From NCBI GenBank assembly GCA_031178305.1, contig JAPSJG010000001.1:7830-71829 (forward strand): DNA of 64,000 bases. Reading direction: 5' to 3'. A program made the translations under genes and the position numbers. The DNA comes from Sinorhizobium sp. (lineage in GTDB: Bacteria > Pseudomonadota > Alphaproteobacteria > Rhizobiales > Rhizobiaceae). Every line of letters starts with the position of its first letter. Position 1 is the first letter of the stretch. The notes below the pieces were generated by a model. That model was not told the DNA's origin. It made no database searches and saw only the letters and a list, made by a program, of their open reading frames with translations. Positions 50,675 through 60,391 of the stretch are shown here, in pieces.

Positions 50675-51424
50675 ATGAGCCCGCTCAAGGAGCATGTGAT
50701 CATCGTAACCGGCGCCGCCCGCGGCATTGGCAAGACCATTGCCGAAACAGTTGCGCGCCAGGGCGGCCATGTCATCGTGACGGACATCTTGACGGACGAG
50801 GCGGAGGCAGTCGCGGCTGGCATCACTGCGTCCGGCGGCTCGGCCACTGCCTTCACCCTGGACATCACTCGGCCGGAAGACGCCGAGGTCGTCGCCGGAA
50901 AGATTCTCGAACGGTTCGGCCGCATCGACGGTCTCGTCAACAACGCGGCCCTGGATGCACCCCACGGCCGCGCCTGGGAGATCGGCACGGCCGAGTGGCG
51001 GCATGTGATCGAGGTGGATCTCAACGGCGCCTGGTATTGCTCCCGCGCCGTCATTCCGACCATGCGGGCGCAGCGGCGCGGCAGGATCGTCTTCATCAGT
51101 TCCATTGCCGCCCGCCTCGGCTCGCCGGATCTGTCGCCGGCCTATTCCACGGCAAAGGCGGGATTGATTGGACTGACCGTCTCGCTCTCGGCCCAGCTCG
51201 AATCCGACGGCATCCTCGTCAACGCCATCACGCCGGGGCCGACCGGCAACACGGGCGCCGCCTATTCCGAGGCCGGCCGCAAGGCTTATCTCGACGCGCA
51301 TCCGCTCGGCTTCGGCGGACCGGAGCCGATCGCCAATGCGGTCGCCTTCCTCCTCGGACCGGGATCAGGCTGGACGAGCGGCGCGGTCATGAACGTCAGC
51401 GGCGGGCATTTCAGGGGAATCTGA
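50675..51424 (+). CDS. SDR-family oxidoreductase
   Basis: TGAARGIG, LVNNA, YSTAK. Confidence 0.88.
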   Translation: MSPLKEHVIIVTGAARGIGKTIAETVARQGGHVIVTDILTDEAEAVAAGITASGGSATAFTLDITRPEDAEVVAGKILERFGRIDGLVNNAALDAPHGRAWEIGTAEWRHVIEVDLNGAWYCSRAVIPTMRAQRRGRIVFISSIAARLGSPDLSPAYSTAKAGLIGLTVSLSAQLESDGILVNAITPGPTGNTGAAYSEAGRKAYLDAHPLGFGGPEPIANAVAFLLGPGSGWTSGAVMNVSGGHFRGI

Positions 51425-51426
51425 CC

Positions 51427-52563
51427 ATGGCCATGGTAATGACGAGCGGATCAAAAAAGTCATACGCAGGTGAGCAAAATGCGGTTCGCTTCCGCGGTGT
51501 GAGCAAGCATTTCGGTGAAGGCGCCCATGCGCTAACGGTTATTCGCGATCTCAACCTGACGATCGGGAAGGGCGAGTTCTTCTCTCTGCTCGGCCCCAGC
51601 GGGTGCGGCAAGACGACCGCCCTGCGCATGATCGGCGGCTTCGAGCATCCAAGCGAGGGCGATGTGCTGCTGGACGGCGAGAGCATCATCGGCGTGCCGC
51701 CCTACCGGCGCGACGTCAACATGGTCTTCCAGTCCTATTCTCTGTTCCCGCATATGGATGTCTATGAGAATATCGAGTACGGACTGCGCCGCAAGAAGGT
51801 CCCGCGCCAGGAACGGCGCAAGCGGATTGCCGATGTCGTAGCGCTCGCCCAACTCGACGACTACGTCTCGCGGCATCCGAACCAGTTGTCCGGGGGCCAG
51901 CAGCAGCGCGTCGCGCTCGCGCGCGCCCTGGTCAATCAGCCGAAGGTATTGCTGTTGGACGAACCACTCGCGGCGCTCGACGCGAAGCTTCGCGGCACGA
52001 TGCAGGAGGAACTCCGCCGCATTCAGCGCGAGGTCGGTATCACCTTCGTTTTCGTCACTCATGACCAGCAGGAGGCTTTTGCCTTGTCGGACCGCGTCGC
52101 GGTAATGCGCGCGGGCCGTCTGGAGCAGGCCGGGACGCCACTGGAACTTTACAACAAGCCCACCACCCGCTTCGTCGCCGATTTCGTCGGGCAGTCGAAT
52201 TTCATCAGCGGACCGGTTTGCACCATGGCGCGCCGCCTTCTCGAACTGGGGCAGGAAGGGGACCGCGTCTTTCTTCCCGCGGAAGCGCCGGGCACGGCAG
52301 CCACAATCGTCGTTCGGCCGGAGCAGATCGCTTTGCATGCGGACCAGCCGGAATTGCAGGGTGAAAGCCGCTCCCGCCTCGCCGGGTTTGTGAGTGAAAA
52401 CACGTTTTTGGGTTCGAAACACGTCCTCCGGATCAAGACATGTCTGCCGGAACCGATCCTGGTCGAGGCCAGTCATGGCGCTGTCAGCGCGCTAGCCCCG
52501 GAACCGGGCCGTTCACTCTGGCTCTCGTGGAGATCCGGCGACGGCGCGCTGCTCGCCGACTGA
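51427..52563 (+). CDS. Polyamine-type ABC ATPase (PotA/PotG-like)
   Basis: [32 protein letters not shown]. Confidence 0.9.
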   Translation: MAMVMTSGSKKSYAGEQNAVRFRGVSKHFGEGAHALTVIRDLNLTIGKGEFFSLLGPSGCGKTTALRMIGGFEHPSEGDVLLDGESIIGVPPYRRDVNMVFQSYSLFPHMDVYENIEYGLRRKKVPRQERRKRIADVVALAQLDDYVSRHPNQLSGGQQQRVALARALVNQPKVLLLDEPLAALDAKLRGTMQEELRRIQREVGITFVFVTHDQQEAFALSDRVAVMRAGRLEQAGTPLELYNKPTTRFVADFVGQSNFISGPVCTMARRLLELGQEGDRVFLPAEAPGTAATIVVRPEQIALHADQPELQGESRSRLAGFVSENTFLGSKHVLRIKTCLPEPILVEASHGAVSALAPEPGRSLWLSWRSGDGALLAD

Positions 52564-52709
52564 AGCGCCAAGACCATTCCCGAACATCGTCGTGGACGCG
52601 CGCATGTGCATCCGCGATCCCTCCCGCTTTGTCTTCGAAGAGGCAGATGCGGGCAAAAGCAAAGCCGGGGCAACCGGTGAACCGTCACTGAAACCTAGAG
52701 GGACTGTCC

Positions 52710-53888
52710 ATGACTGATAATCACAATGACATCCGCGTGCTTGCCTCCGCGGACTGGACCCGGCGCAATTTCTTGCGTCTCGCGGCCTTTGCCGGAGGCG
52801 TGGCCGCCCTGTCCATCAACGGCGTTGCCATTGCCGCCGACAAGGGCGATCTCGCCGAAAAGGCGCGCAGCCTGAAGGGTGATGCCGATCTGGGCGACAC
52901 GCTGTTCATCTATTCCTGGGCGGACTACGCCAACCCGGACGTGCTCGACGCCTTTTCCAACGGCGCCGGTCCGCGCATCGAAATCGCCACCTTCGATTCC
53001 GTCGAAGCGGCCATCGCCAAGCTGGAAATCTCAGGCGGCTCCGCCGGCTACGACATCGTCGTCGTGGGCGATGCCTATGTGGAACAGATGATCAATCGTA
53101 AGCTGATCCAGAAGCTAGATCATTCGAAGCTTCCGAATCTTGGAAACTTGCGCGACGAACTCCACAATCTGCCATTCGATCCGGGCAATCAGTACACCGT
53201 GATGAAGAATTTCGGCACCATCGGCATTCTCTACAACAACACCGTGATCAAGGAGCCGATCAAGAGCTGGGACGATTTCTTCCGGGTGGGCGCCTCCGAG
53301 GTTGCAAGCCACCGTCTCTCAGTCCTCAACGACCAGCCGAGCGTCTTCGGTCTCGTCTTCTGGCGCGAAGGAAAGGACTACAACACGGGCGACGAGAAGC
53401 GCCTGAACGAAGCCAAGGATGTGCTAATGAAGGACCTCATCCCGCACCTCAAGGCCTTCGACGCCAACCCTGTGCAGGGACTGCTGAACGGCGATTACGT
53501 GCTTAGCCAGGGCTATCTCGGGAGCTCGCGCCATATCTTTGAGCAGGATCCCGACAGCTACACCTGGGTCTATCCGGAGCCGCAATGCGTGCTGTGGAGC
53601 GATCATTACGCAGTGCCGTCCGGCTCCAAAAGCACGGATGCCGCCCATGCCTTCATCAACTACATGCTGGATCCCGATGTGGCCGCGGCCGAAGTGGCCC
53701 ATATCGGATACGACACCGGCGTAAAGGGTGTCATCGAGAAGCTGCCTGACGATCTCGTCCGCAAGGACATGATCGTGTTTCCCGAAGGGGTCACCGACCG
53801 CCTGGTCTACCAGAAGGTGGAAGGCTCCAATCCCACGCTGCGCATCCAGATCTTCAACGAGCTGAAGGCCGCGGCGGCACGCAATTAA
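52710..53888 (+). CDS. PotD/PotF-like substrate-binding protein with Tat signal
   Basis: TRRNFL twin-arginine motif; YSWADY, GYDIV, FDPGN, AHAFINY. Confidence 0.88.
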   Translation: MTDNHNDIRVLASADWTRRNFLRLAAFAGGVAALSINGVAIAADKGDLAEKARSLKGDADLGDTLFIYSWADYANPDVLDAFSNGAGPRIEIATFDSVEAAIAKLEISGGSAGYDIVVVGDAYVEQMINRKLIQKLDHSKLPNLGNLRDELHNLPFDPGNQYTVMKNFGTIGILYNNTVIKEPIKSWDDFFRVGASEVASHRLSVLNDQPSVFGLVFWREGKDYNTGDEKRLNEAKDVLMKDLIPHLKAFDANPVQGLLNGDYVLSQGYLGSSRHIFEQDPDSYTWVYPEPQCVLWSDHYAVPSGSKSTDAAHAFINYMLDPDVAAAEVAHIGYDTGVKGVIEKLPDDLVRKDMIVFPEGVTDRLVYQKVEGSNPTLRIQIFNELKAAAARN

Positions 53889-54030
53889 AGCACCGTCAGC
53901 ACGAAACCCGTTCGGGTCAACTGGACACGCAACCAGCACCCGCGTTCAGGCGATGCCTGTTCGCGGGATGCCCATCAGGTGGCGGCTCCCGCCATCTGTC
54001 GATTTCCAAATAGATAGGGAGGCCCGCGAG

Positions 54031-54963
54031 TTGACCTCGATAACGGTCCAGGCAAATGCATTCTCCACTCTCGGAGGCCGGAAGGCAGCAGGCTTCGGCT
54101 TCGCCGTGGTGCTTCTGCCGTTCTTGCTGTACGCCGCTTTTTTCATCGCTCCCGTGGTCCTGATCGCCGTGCAGAGCTTGACGCCCTATGTCGTGGGCAG
54201 CAATGGCGGGCTGTCGGGCGCAGGAGGCCTGACGCTCGACAATTATGCCGGCGTCTTCTCTCCCACCTTCCGTTCGGTCTTTGCCGACAGCCTACGCAAT
54301 GCGCTGGCGGGGTCGCTGTTGTGCCTGCTGATCGGCTACCCGGTCGCCTATTTCATCAGCACCCGCTGTTCGGAACGCCTGAAGCCCTGGTTTCTCGTGC
54401 TGGTCATCCTGCCGTTTTGGACGAGCTACCTGCTTCGCATGCTCGGATGGCGCATTCTTCTTGGCGCTAATGGGGATATTTCCGCCGTTCTCCAGAGCCT
54501 GCACCTGCTTGCCCTCGGCCAGGGTCTGCTCTTTACCCAGGCTGCCGTGCTGCTCGGGCTGGTCTACAATTTCCTGCCGGTGATGATCTTGCCGATCTAT
54601 GTATCGATCGAGCGCCTTTCGCGCGATCACCGGGACGCCAGCCGTGATCTCTACGCCCGGCCCTGGCAAACCTTCCTCAGTATCACGCTGCCGCTCACTT
54701 ATCCCGGCATCATGGCTGGGATGACTGTGGTCTTCATCATGATGACCGGCGACTACGTAACGCCGGAGCTGATGGGCGGGGCCAAAGGCATGATGGTGGG
54801 AACACTGATCTATTCGCAGTTCCTGCAGGGAGAAAACTGGCCTCTGGCTTCCGCCATGTCGCTTTCGCTGGTTTTTGTTCTGGTGGTCGCGGTCCTGGCG
54901 ATGAGCGCTGGGGGATCGGGTCTTCAGCGGCTTCCGACGCTCTTCAGAAGGGCGACCCGATGA
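54031..54963 (+). CDS. PotB-like ABC permease
   Basis: GYPVAY, LPFWTSYLLR, PVMILPIY; TTG start with GGAGG RBS. Confidence 0.88.
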   Translation: MTSITVQANAFSTLGGRKAAGFGFAVVLLPFLLYAAFFIAPVVLIAVQSLTPYVVGSNGGLSGAGGLTLDNYAGVFSPTFRSVFADSLRNALAGSLLCLLIGYPVAYFISTRCSERLKPWFLVLVILPFWTSYLLRMLGWRILLGANGDISAVLQSLHLLALGQGLLFTQAAVLLGLVYNFLPVMILPIYVSIERLSRDHRDASRDLYARPWQTFLSITLPLTYPGIMAGMTVVFIMMTGDYVTPELMGGAKGMMVGTLIYSQFLQGENWPLASAMSLSLVFVLVVAVLAMSAGGSGLQRLPTLFRRATR

Positions 54964-55811
54964 GCACGTTCCGCACACCCCCGGCAAAGTCCGTCCTGCT
55001 TGGCGCATGGTCGCTGTCCGTCGTCTTCTTCCTGCTGCTTCCCATCGTGACGGTCCTGGTCTACTCGTTCAACACCGGCAATTATCTGATCGCGTGGAAG
55101 GCGACGGGGTGGCGCTGGTACTGGCGCATTCTCGAGGACGGCAATATCCTCGCCACATTGCGCACCAGCCTGACCGTCGCCGTTCTTTCCACGCTTCTCA
55201 GCCTTGTCGTCGGAGGAATGAGCGGCCTGATCCTCGGGCGCCGGCCGGCGGCCATCGCCTATCCCCTGAGCCTGCTATTGCTCACGATTATTTCCTTTCC
55301 CGAGATCGTGAAGGCGGTCGCCTATCTGACCTGGTTCGTCGAGATCGACTTGCAGATCGGAATTCTGCGTATCGCCATATCTCACGCGCTGTTCGGCAGC
55401 GCCATCGTCGCGTTCATCGTTCGCGCGCGGCTTTCCGGAATGGATGTCAGGATCGAGGAGGCGTCGGCCGATCTGGGCGCCACGCCCATGGTCACTTTCT
55501 TCACCGTGACGCTTCCGCTGCTCATGCCGGCTTTTCTGGTCGGTGGTCTTCTCGCCTTCACGCTGTCCTTCGACGACGTGATCGTCTCCCTGTTCGTTGG
55601 CACGGCCAACAGTACGACCTTGCCCGTCTATATCCTTGCCTCGGTCAGGCAGGGCCTGAAGGGCGATATCGCCGCCGTCTCGGCCGTCATGTTCTGTCTC
55701 ACGATCCTCGCCTTCACCTGCGCGGGCATCTATCTCGCCCGCACCGGCGCATCCCGGCGCGACACCGTCCTGATGCTCGCGGGCCAGAACGATGCGCATG
55801 CCGGACAATAA
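54960..55811 (+). CDS. PotC-like ABC permease
   Basis: YSFN, EEASADLGA, FTLSFDD, TTLP. Confidence 0.9.
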   Translation: MSTFRTPPAKSVLLGAWSLSVVFFLLLPIVTVLVYSFNTGNYLIAWKATGWRWYWRILEDGNILATLRTSLTVAVLSTLLSLVVGGMSGLILGRRPAAIAYPLSLLLLTIISFPEIVKAVAYLTWFVEIDLQIGILRIAISHALFGSAIVAFIVRARLSGMDVRIEEASADLGATPMVTFFTVTLPLLMPAFLVGGLLAFTLSFDDVIVSLFVGTANSTTLPVYILASVRQGLKGDIAAVSAVMFCLTILAFTCAGIYLARTGASRRDTVLMLAGQNDAHAGQ

Positions 55812-55840
55812 CCCTTTCGCAAAAGACTGGAGAAACAACC

Positions 55841-56578
55841 GTGACCATCGATAAACCCGTTGCCCTCGTGACCGGCGCAGCCTCCGGCATAGGAGCCGCC
55901 ACGGCGGCCGATCTGCTTGGAAAGGGCTACATTACCTATGCGCTCGACAGAGACAGCGCGATGCTGTCCAGCCTTGGACCGTCTGCCAACCTGCGATGCC
56001 TTACGGTGGACGTCGCGGACGAAGAGGCGCTGGCCGCGACTGTCCGCCAGGTGATCGAGGCGGAAGGGCGGCTTGACGCCGTCGCCGCGGTGGCCGGCAT
56101 CAGCCTGACGGCTTCGCTGACGGAAACGCGATCCGAGGATTGGGATGCGGTGCAACGGGTCAACCTGCGCGCTGTCTATCTGCTGGGCAAGCTGACCGCT
56201 CCGCATCTGGAAGTAAGCGGCGCCGGCTCTTTCGTCGCCGTGGCCTCCGAACTCGGTACCGTCGGTCAACTGGGCCTTGCAGCCTACGGCGCCGCCAAGG
56301 CCGGGGTGATCAACCTGGTGCGGGTGATGGCGCTGGAATATGCGATCCGCGGCGTGCGCTTCAATGCTGTAGCGCCCGGCGGCGTCGCCACGCCGATGAT
56401 GGAGCGGGAGCAGAAGCGGCTCGGCCTGACCGTTGAAGACGCCGCGCGCAACATTCCGATGGCGCGGCTTGCCCGGCCGTCCGAGATCGCGGCGGTCATC
56501 GCCTTCCTTCTTGGACGTGAGGCGTCCTTCGTCACCGGCGCCACGTTCGTGGCCGACGGCGGATACACGGCGCGATAA
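55841..56578 (+). CDS. SDR-family oxidoreductase
   Basis: TGAASGIG, YGAAK, NAVAPG, ADGG; GTG start with GGAG RBS. Confidence 0.88.
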   Translation: MTIDKPVALVTGAASGIGAATAADLLGKGYITYALDRDSAMLSSLGPSANLRCLTVDVADEEALAATVRQVIEAEGRLDAVAAVAGISLTASLTETRSEDWDAVQRVNLRAVYLLGKLTAPHLEVSGAGSFVAVASELGTVGQLGLAAYGAAKAGVINLVRVMALEYAIRGVRFNAVAPGGVATPMMEREQKRLGLTVEDAARNIPMARLARPSEIAAVIAFLLGREASFVTGATFVADGGYTAR

Positions 56579-56637
56579 CGCCAGGACGCGCCGGGGACGG
56601 CGCGCCTGAAACTGCCATGCAAGGGAGGAATTTGCGC

Positions 56638-58032
56638 GTGGACGCAGTCATTCAAAATGGGACTGTGGTGACGGCTAGCGATATGTTTCTGGCCGATGTC
56701 GCCACCAGGGACGGAAAGATCACGGCGATCGCCGACCGGATCAAGGCACCGCCGGATGTGCGCGTCATCAATGCGCGCGGCATGCTGGTCATGCCCGGGG
56801 GCGTGGATGTCCACACCCATCTGCAGACGCCCGGCGTTCTCGCCGATACCGCGGATGACTTTTTCACCGGAACCGTAGCCGCTGCTCATGGGGGCACCAC
56901 GAGTATCGTCAATTTCTGCCCGCAGATTCGCGGACAGGGTCTTCTTGCTTCGCTGGCCGCACATCGCCGGCTTGCCGATCCGAAAGCGGTCATCGATTTC
57001 GCCCTCCACAGCATCGTCGCCGATCCGTCGGAGAAGACGCTGTCCGAGCTGGGTGCGCTGCCGGCTGAGGGCGTGACCAGTTTCAAGCTGTTCATGGCCT
57101 ACAAGGGCGACACGATGGTAGATGACGGGACCATGATCCGGGTGCTCGACGAAGCGGCGCGGCGCGGTGTCGTCGTCATGGTTCACGCGGAAAACGGCGA
57201 TGCGGTCGAATTCCTGCGTGATCGCTTTGCCGCCGAGGGCAAGCTTTCGCCCCGCTATCATGCGCTCAGCCGCCCGCCGCGCGTGGAGGCGGAGGCGACC
57301 AATCGCGCGATAGCGCTGGCTGAGATCGCAGGCGCGCCGCTGTATATCGTTCATGTCAGCTGTGCGGAAGCCCTTGAGGAAGTCCGGCGCGGACGGGCGC
57401 GCAAGGTTAATGTGCGGGCGGAGACCTGCAGCCATTACCTCCATATCACCGAGGAAGTGTTCGACCAGCCAGGGTTCGAAGGCGGCAAATATATCTACAC
57501 GCCGCCTCCGCGCACCGCCGGCCAGCCCGATATCTTATGGGAGGCATTGAGCTGTGGCGACCTCCAGGTCGTCTCGTCCGATCACGGGCCTTTCATGTTC
57601 AAGGGTGGCAAGGACATCGGCAAGGACGATTTCCGCCTGATCCCCAACGGAGCGCCAGGCATCGAAGAGCGCATGGTGCTGGTCTGGCAAGGCGTTGTGC
57701 GCGGATTGCTGACGCCGAGCCGTTTTGTCGATCTCGTCTCGACCACGCCGGCAAAGCTGTTCGGCCTCTACCCCGCCAAGGGCACGATCGCGATCGGGGC
57801 GGATGCGGATATCGTGGTGTGGGATCCGGCTGTCGAGCGCCGGCTCAGCGTCGATGCGCTTCATTCGGCGGTTGACTACACGATGTACGAGGGCAAGCAG
57901 GTCAAGGGCGCGGTCCACACGGTCCTGTCACGCGGGGACGTCATCATCGAGAACGGAATGTTCAGGGGCGCTCCGGGACGAGGCCGCTACATCATCCGCC
58001 AGCCCGCCGGCAGGGCCGCGGCGAGCGGCTAG
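56638..58032 (+). CDS. hydA: Dihydropyrimidinase/D-hydantoinase
   Basis: GGVDVHTH, SFKLFMAY, VHAENG, VHVS, SSDH, IPNGAPG; GTG start with GGAGG RBS. Confidence 0.85.
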   Translation: MDAVIQNGTVVTASDMFLADVATRDGKITAIADRIKAPPDVRVINARGMLVMPGGVDVHTHLQTPGVLADTADDFFTGTVAAAHGGTTSIVNFCPQIRGQGLLASLAAHRRLADPKAVIDFALHSIVADPSEKTLSELGALPAEGVTSFKLFMAYKGDTMVDDGTMIRVLDEAARRGVVVMVHAENGDAVEFLRDRFAAEGKLSPRYHALSRPPRVEAEATNRAIALAEIAGAPLYIVHVSCAEALEEVRRGRARKVNVRAETCSHYLHITEEVFDQPGFEGGKYIYTPPPRTAGQPDILWEALSCGDLQVVSSDHGPFMFKGGKDIGKDDFRLIPNGAPGIEERMVLVWQGVVRGLLTPSRFVDLVSTTPAKLFGLYPAKGTIAIGADADIVVWDPAVERRLSVDALHSAVDYTMYEGKQVKGAVHTVLSRGDVIIENGMFRGAPGRGRYIIRQPAGRAAASG

Positions 58033-58050
58033 CCTGCGGAAACCCGTGTT

Positions 58051-58944
58051 TCACGGCCCGGTAAAGGCTGGCGCTGCCGGTGGCCGCGCCAGCGTGTCGC
58101 GATGAATGTCGCGTAGCGCCACGAGCATTTCGCGCGCGACCGATTCCTCGAGCGGCAGGAAACGGTCGATCATGAAGGAGCAATTGAAGACATAGGAGAC
58201 CTCGCCGTCCCGATCGAAGATGGGCAGGGCGATCGCCATGATGCCTTCGGTGAATTCGCCCTTGCTGACCGCATAACCTCGCCGCCGGGTTGCCTCGATG
58301 CCCGCCCGCACGTCTTCTTCCGTTAGCGGGCTGCGCGAGGTGTAGCGGGTTGGCTGCCAGTTTCTGAACCAGGCATCGATACGCTCGGGTGACTGCCACG
58401 CCAGATACGCCCGCATTTGCGCGCAGGCGTCGCGCGGAAAGCGGTGACCCACGGGGAAGGACAGTTCCATGCTCGTGGGGCCATTGAATTTGTCAATGAC
58501 AATATAGGCCCCGTCGTTCATCGGCTGGGTCAGCAGGCAGGGTATGTCAACACGATGGACCAGCGCGGTGAGATGACGGCGGACCGCGTCCAAGACGGGC
58601 GAATTGAGCAGGCTGGAAGCGCTGGTGAAAATGCCGGAGTGCAACCGGTATGTCTTAGAACGCTGATCGTATTTTAGCCATTCAAAATGTACCAGTGTCT
58701 TGAGGATAGAATGGCAATGCGTTTTTGAAATGCCAAGCGCCTCGACAATTTCTGTCAAGGAGGCTTCGTGGGGCGCCGTTCCGTTGAGGTATTGCAGGAC
58801 GGCAATGGTGTTTTCCAGCGCCGGTACCAAACCCGGGCCGCTACGCGATGGCTGCGTGGACATGTGTGGGCGGAGAAGCCAGTGCTCGCCCTCATGCAAC
58901 AGTTCGGCGCCCGAGGAGCGTGTGTCGTCTTTAGGATCAGGCAT
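58051..58944 (-). CDS. IclR-family regulator (start 58944 or 58863)
   Basis: VPALENTIAVL..SLTEIVEALGISKTHCHSILKTL HTH; RRRGYAVSKGE...IALPIFD. Confidence 0.9.
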   Translation of the reverse strand: MPDPKDDTRSSGAELLHEGEHWLLRPHMSTQPSRSGPGLVPALENTIAVLQYLNGTAPHEASLTEIVEALGISKTHCHSILKTLVHFEWLKYDQRSKTYRLHSGIFTSASSLLNSPVLDAVRRHLTALVHRVDIPCLLTQPMNDGAYIVIDKFNGPTSMELSFPVGHRFPRDACAQMRAYLAWQSPERIDAWFRNWQPTRYTSRSPLTEEDVRAGIEATRRRGYAVSKGEFTEGIMAIALPIFDRDGEVSYVFNCSFMIDRFLPLEESVAREMLVALRDIHRDTLARPPAAPAFTGP

Positions 58945-58957
58945 AACCTTGCGCTTC

Positions 58958-58973
58958 GTTCTGCATATGGAAC
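58958..58973. promoter_or_regulatory. IclR-type box GTTCTGCATATGGAAC (autoregulatory candidate)
   Basis: 14/16 identical to the box at 49114-49129; just upstream of iclR. Confidence 0.65.
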
Positions 58974-59067
58974 AGCTTCCTTCGCACCAGTGCATGTGGA
59001 ATTCAAGCCAGTGCGAAAAGATTTTGGAACTTTGCCGCCACTGTGGGGCTTCCTAAAAAGATAGCTG

Positions 59068-59088
59068 ACTCTAAAAATAGAGTTGACT
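59068..59088. promoter_or_regulatory. Palindrome ACTCTA-AAAA-TAGAGT overlapping -35 TTGACT
   Basis: Same motif and same register to TTGAC as 37482-37501. Confidence 0.65.
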
Positions 59089-59131
59089 ATATCTAAACGT
59101 CAACGTTAGATGGATTCAGCTGGAGCGATGC

Positions 59132-60391
59132 GTGGAGGAGCACTTGCTGAAATCAGGAACGGAACTTTTGATGATCCCAGGCCCTACAACGTTGCCGGGG
59201 GCCGTTGTCCAAGCATTGTCGCGTCCGGCGACTGATATTTATCATGGCCCCCTACACGACGTTTCACTCGACTGCCTTCAAGGTCTCTCAGAGTTGTTCG
59301 GGACCCGCGAGCGTCCGTATATTTTCACCGCCAATGGTCACGGTGGTTGGGAGGCGGCGCTGTGTAACACGCTAAGTCGCGGACACCGCGTACTGGCGCT
59401 TGAAACCGGACTCTTTGCACCTCATTGGGCTGAGACCGCGGAGACGCTTGGGCTCAGCATCGAGGTTCTTCCGGGGAGTTGGAGGCGTGCGGTCAACTGC
59501 GAAGCTTTGGCAGAGCGGCTTCGGGCGGATACCACAGGCAGTATCCGCGCTATCCTTACTACTCAAGTCGACACCGCGACCGGTGTCCTGAACGATATCC
59601 CGGCCATTCGTGGCGCTATCGACGGTGCGAGTCACGATGGGCTACTAATGGTCGATTGCATCGCCTCGTTAGGGGCTACGGCTTTCCAATTCGATGCCTG
59701 GAAAGTTGATGTCGCAGTGGCGGCTTCTCAGAAGGCGCTAATGACGCCTCCAGGGCTCGCCTTTCATGCTGTGAGTAAGAAGGCGCGCAAGGCGCACCAA
59801 ATGGCCGGCCTCAGAACGAGCTATTGGGATTGGTCGCTGCGCGACCGCGCGGATCATTACTTCTGGCATTCTGGCACGCCCCCCGTCAGTCTCCTCTTTG
59901 GCTTTCAGGCTGCTATCCAGCTGATCCGGGAAGAGGGGCTAGCCACGGTAGTTGCCCGGCACGATGCGCTCGCCAGCGCGGCTCGCGCTGCGGTGGAGCA
60001 CTGGACGATGCCTGGTGGGGTAGATCTCAATGTGTTGACGCCCGGCGAACAGGCCGGGACCGTTACGGTCATGCGAGTGCCCGATGGCGCGGCGCGGCCC
60101 CTTGTCGATTTCTGCAAGCAAACGTTTGGTGTCCTTCTCGGTGAGGGCATTGGCGCCTTGGAAGGCAAGGCAATTCGGATCGGGCACATGGGTCATGTCG
60201 GTGCTCCCCAGCTTATCGGCGCCCTCGGGTGTTTAGAACTCGGCATGCGCGCTATCGGGATTGCCCACACATCCGGCGGCGTTGAGGCGGCGCTTGCAGC
60301 GCTTGAAGGCTTCGCGATGGAAAAGCCGCATACAGCCTCGGGCGAAGCTTCGGTCATCGAAATATCAAAACAGAAGAGAGGGGTAGTATAA
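59132..60391 (+). CDS. Class V aminotransferase (alanine/serine-glyoxylate aminotransferase-like)
   Basis: MIPGP, NGHGGWEAA, VDCIASLG, SQKAL, RIGHMG. Confidence 0.9.
   Translation: MEEHLLKSGTELLMIPGPTTLPGAVVQALSRPATDIYHGPLHDVSLDCLQGLSELFGTRERPYIFTANGHGGWEAALCNTLSRGHRVLALETGLFAPHWAETAETLGLSIEVLPGSWRRAVNCEALAERLRADTTGSIRAILTTQVDTATGVLNDIPAIRGAIDGASHDGLLMVDCIASLGATAFQFDAWKVDVAVAASQKALMTPPGLAFHAVSKKARKAHQMAGLRTSYWDWSLRDRADHYFWHSGTPPVSLLFGFQAAIQLIREEGLATVVARHDALASAARAAVEHWTMPGGVDLNVLTPGEQAGTVTVMRVPDGAARPLVDFCKQTFGVLLGEGIGALEGKAIRIGHMGHVGAPQLIGALGCLELGMRAIGIAHTSGGVEAALAALEGFAMEKPHTASGEASVIEISKQKRGVV

Noticed and set aside
49973-56578. Apparent long fusions (49973-51424, 50995-52563, 55007-56578)
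   Set aside because: Open frames running back through upstream genes; real domains start at 50675, 51427 and 55841
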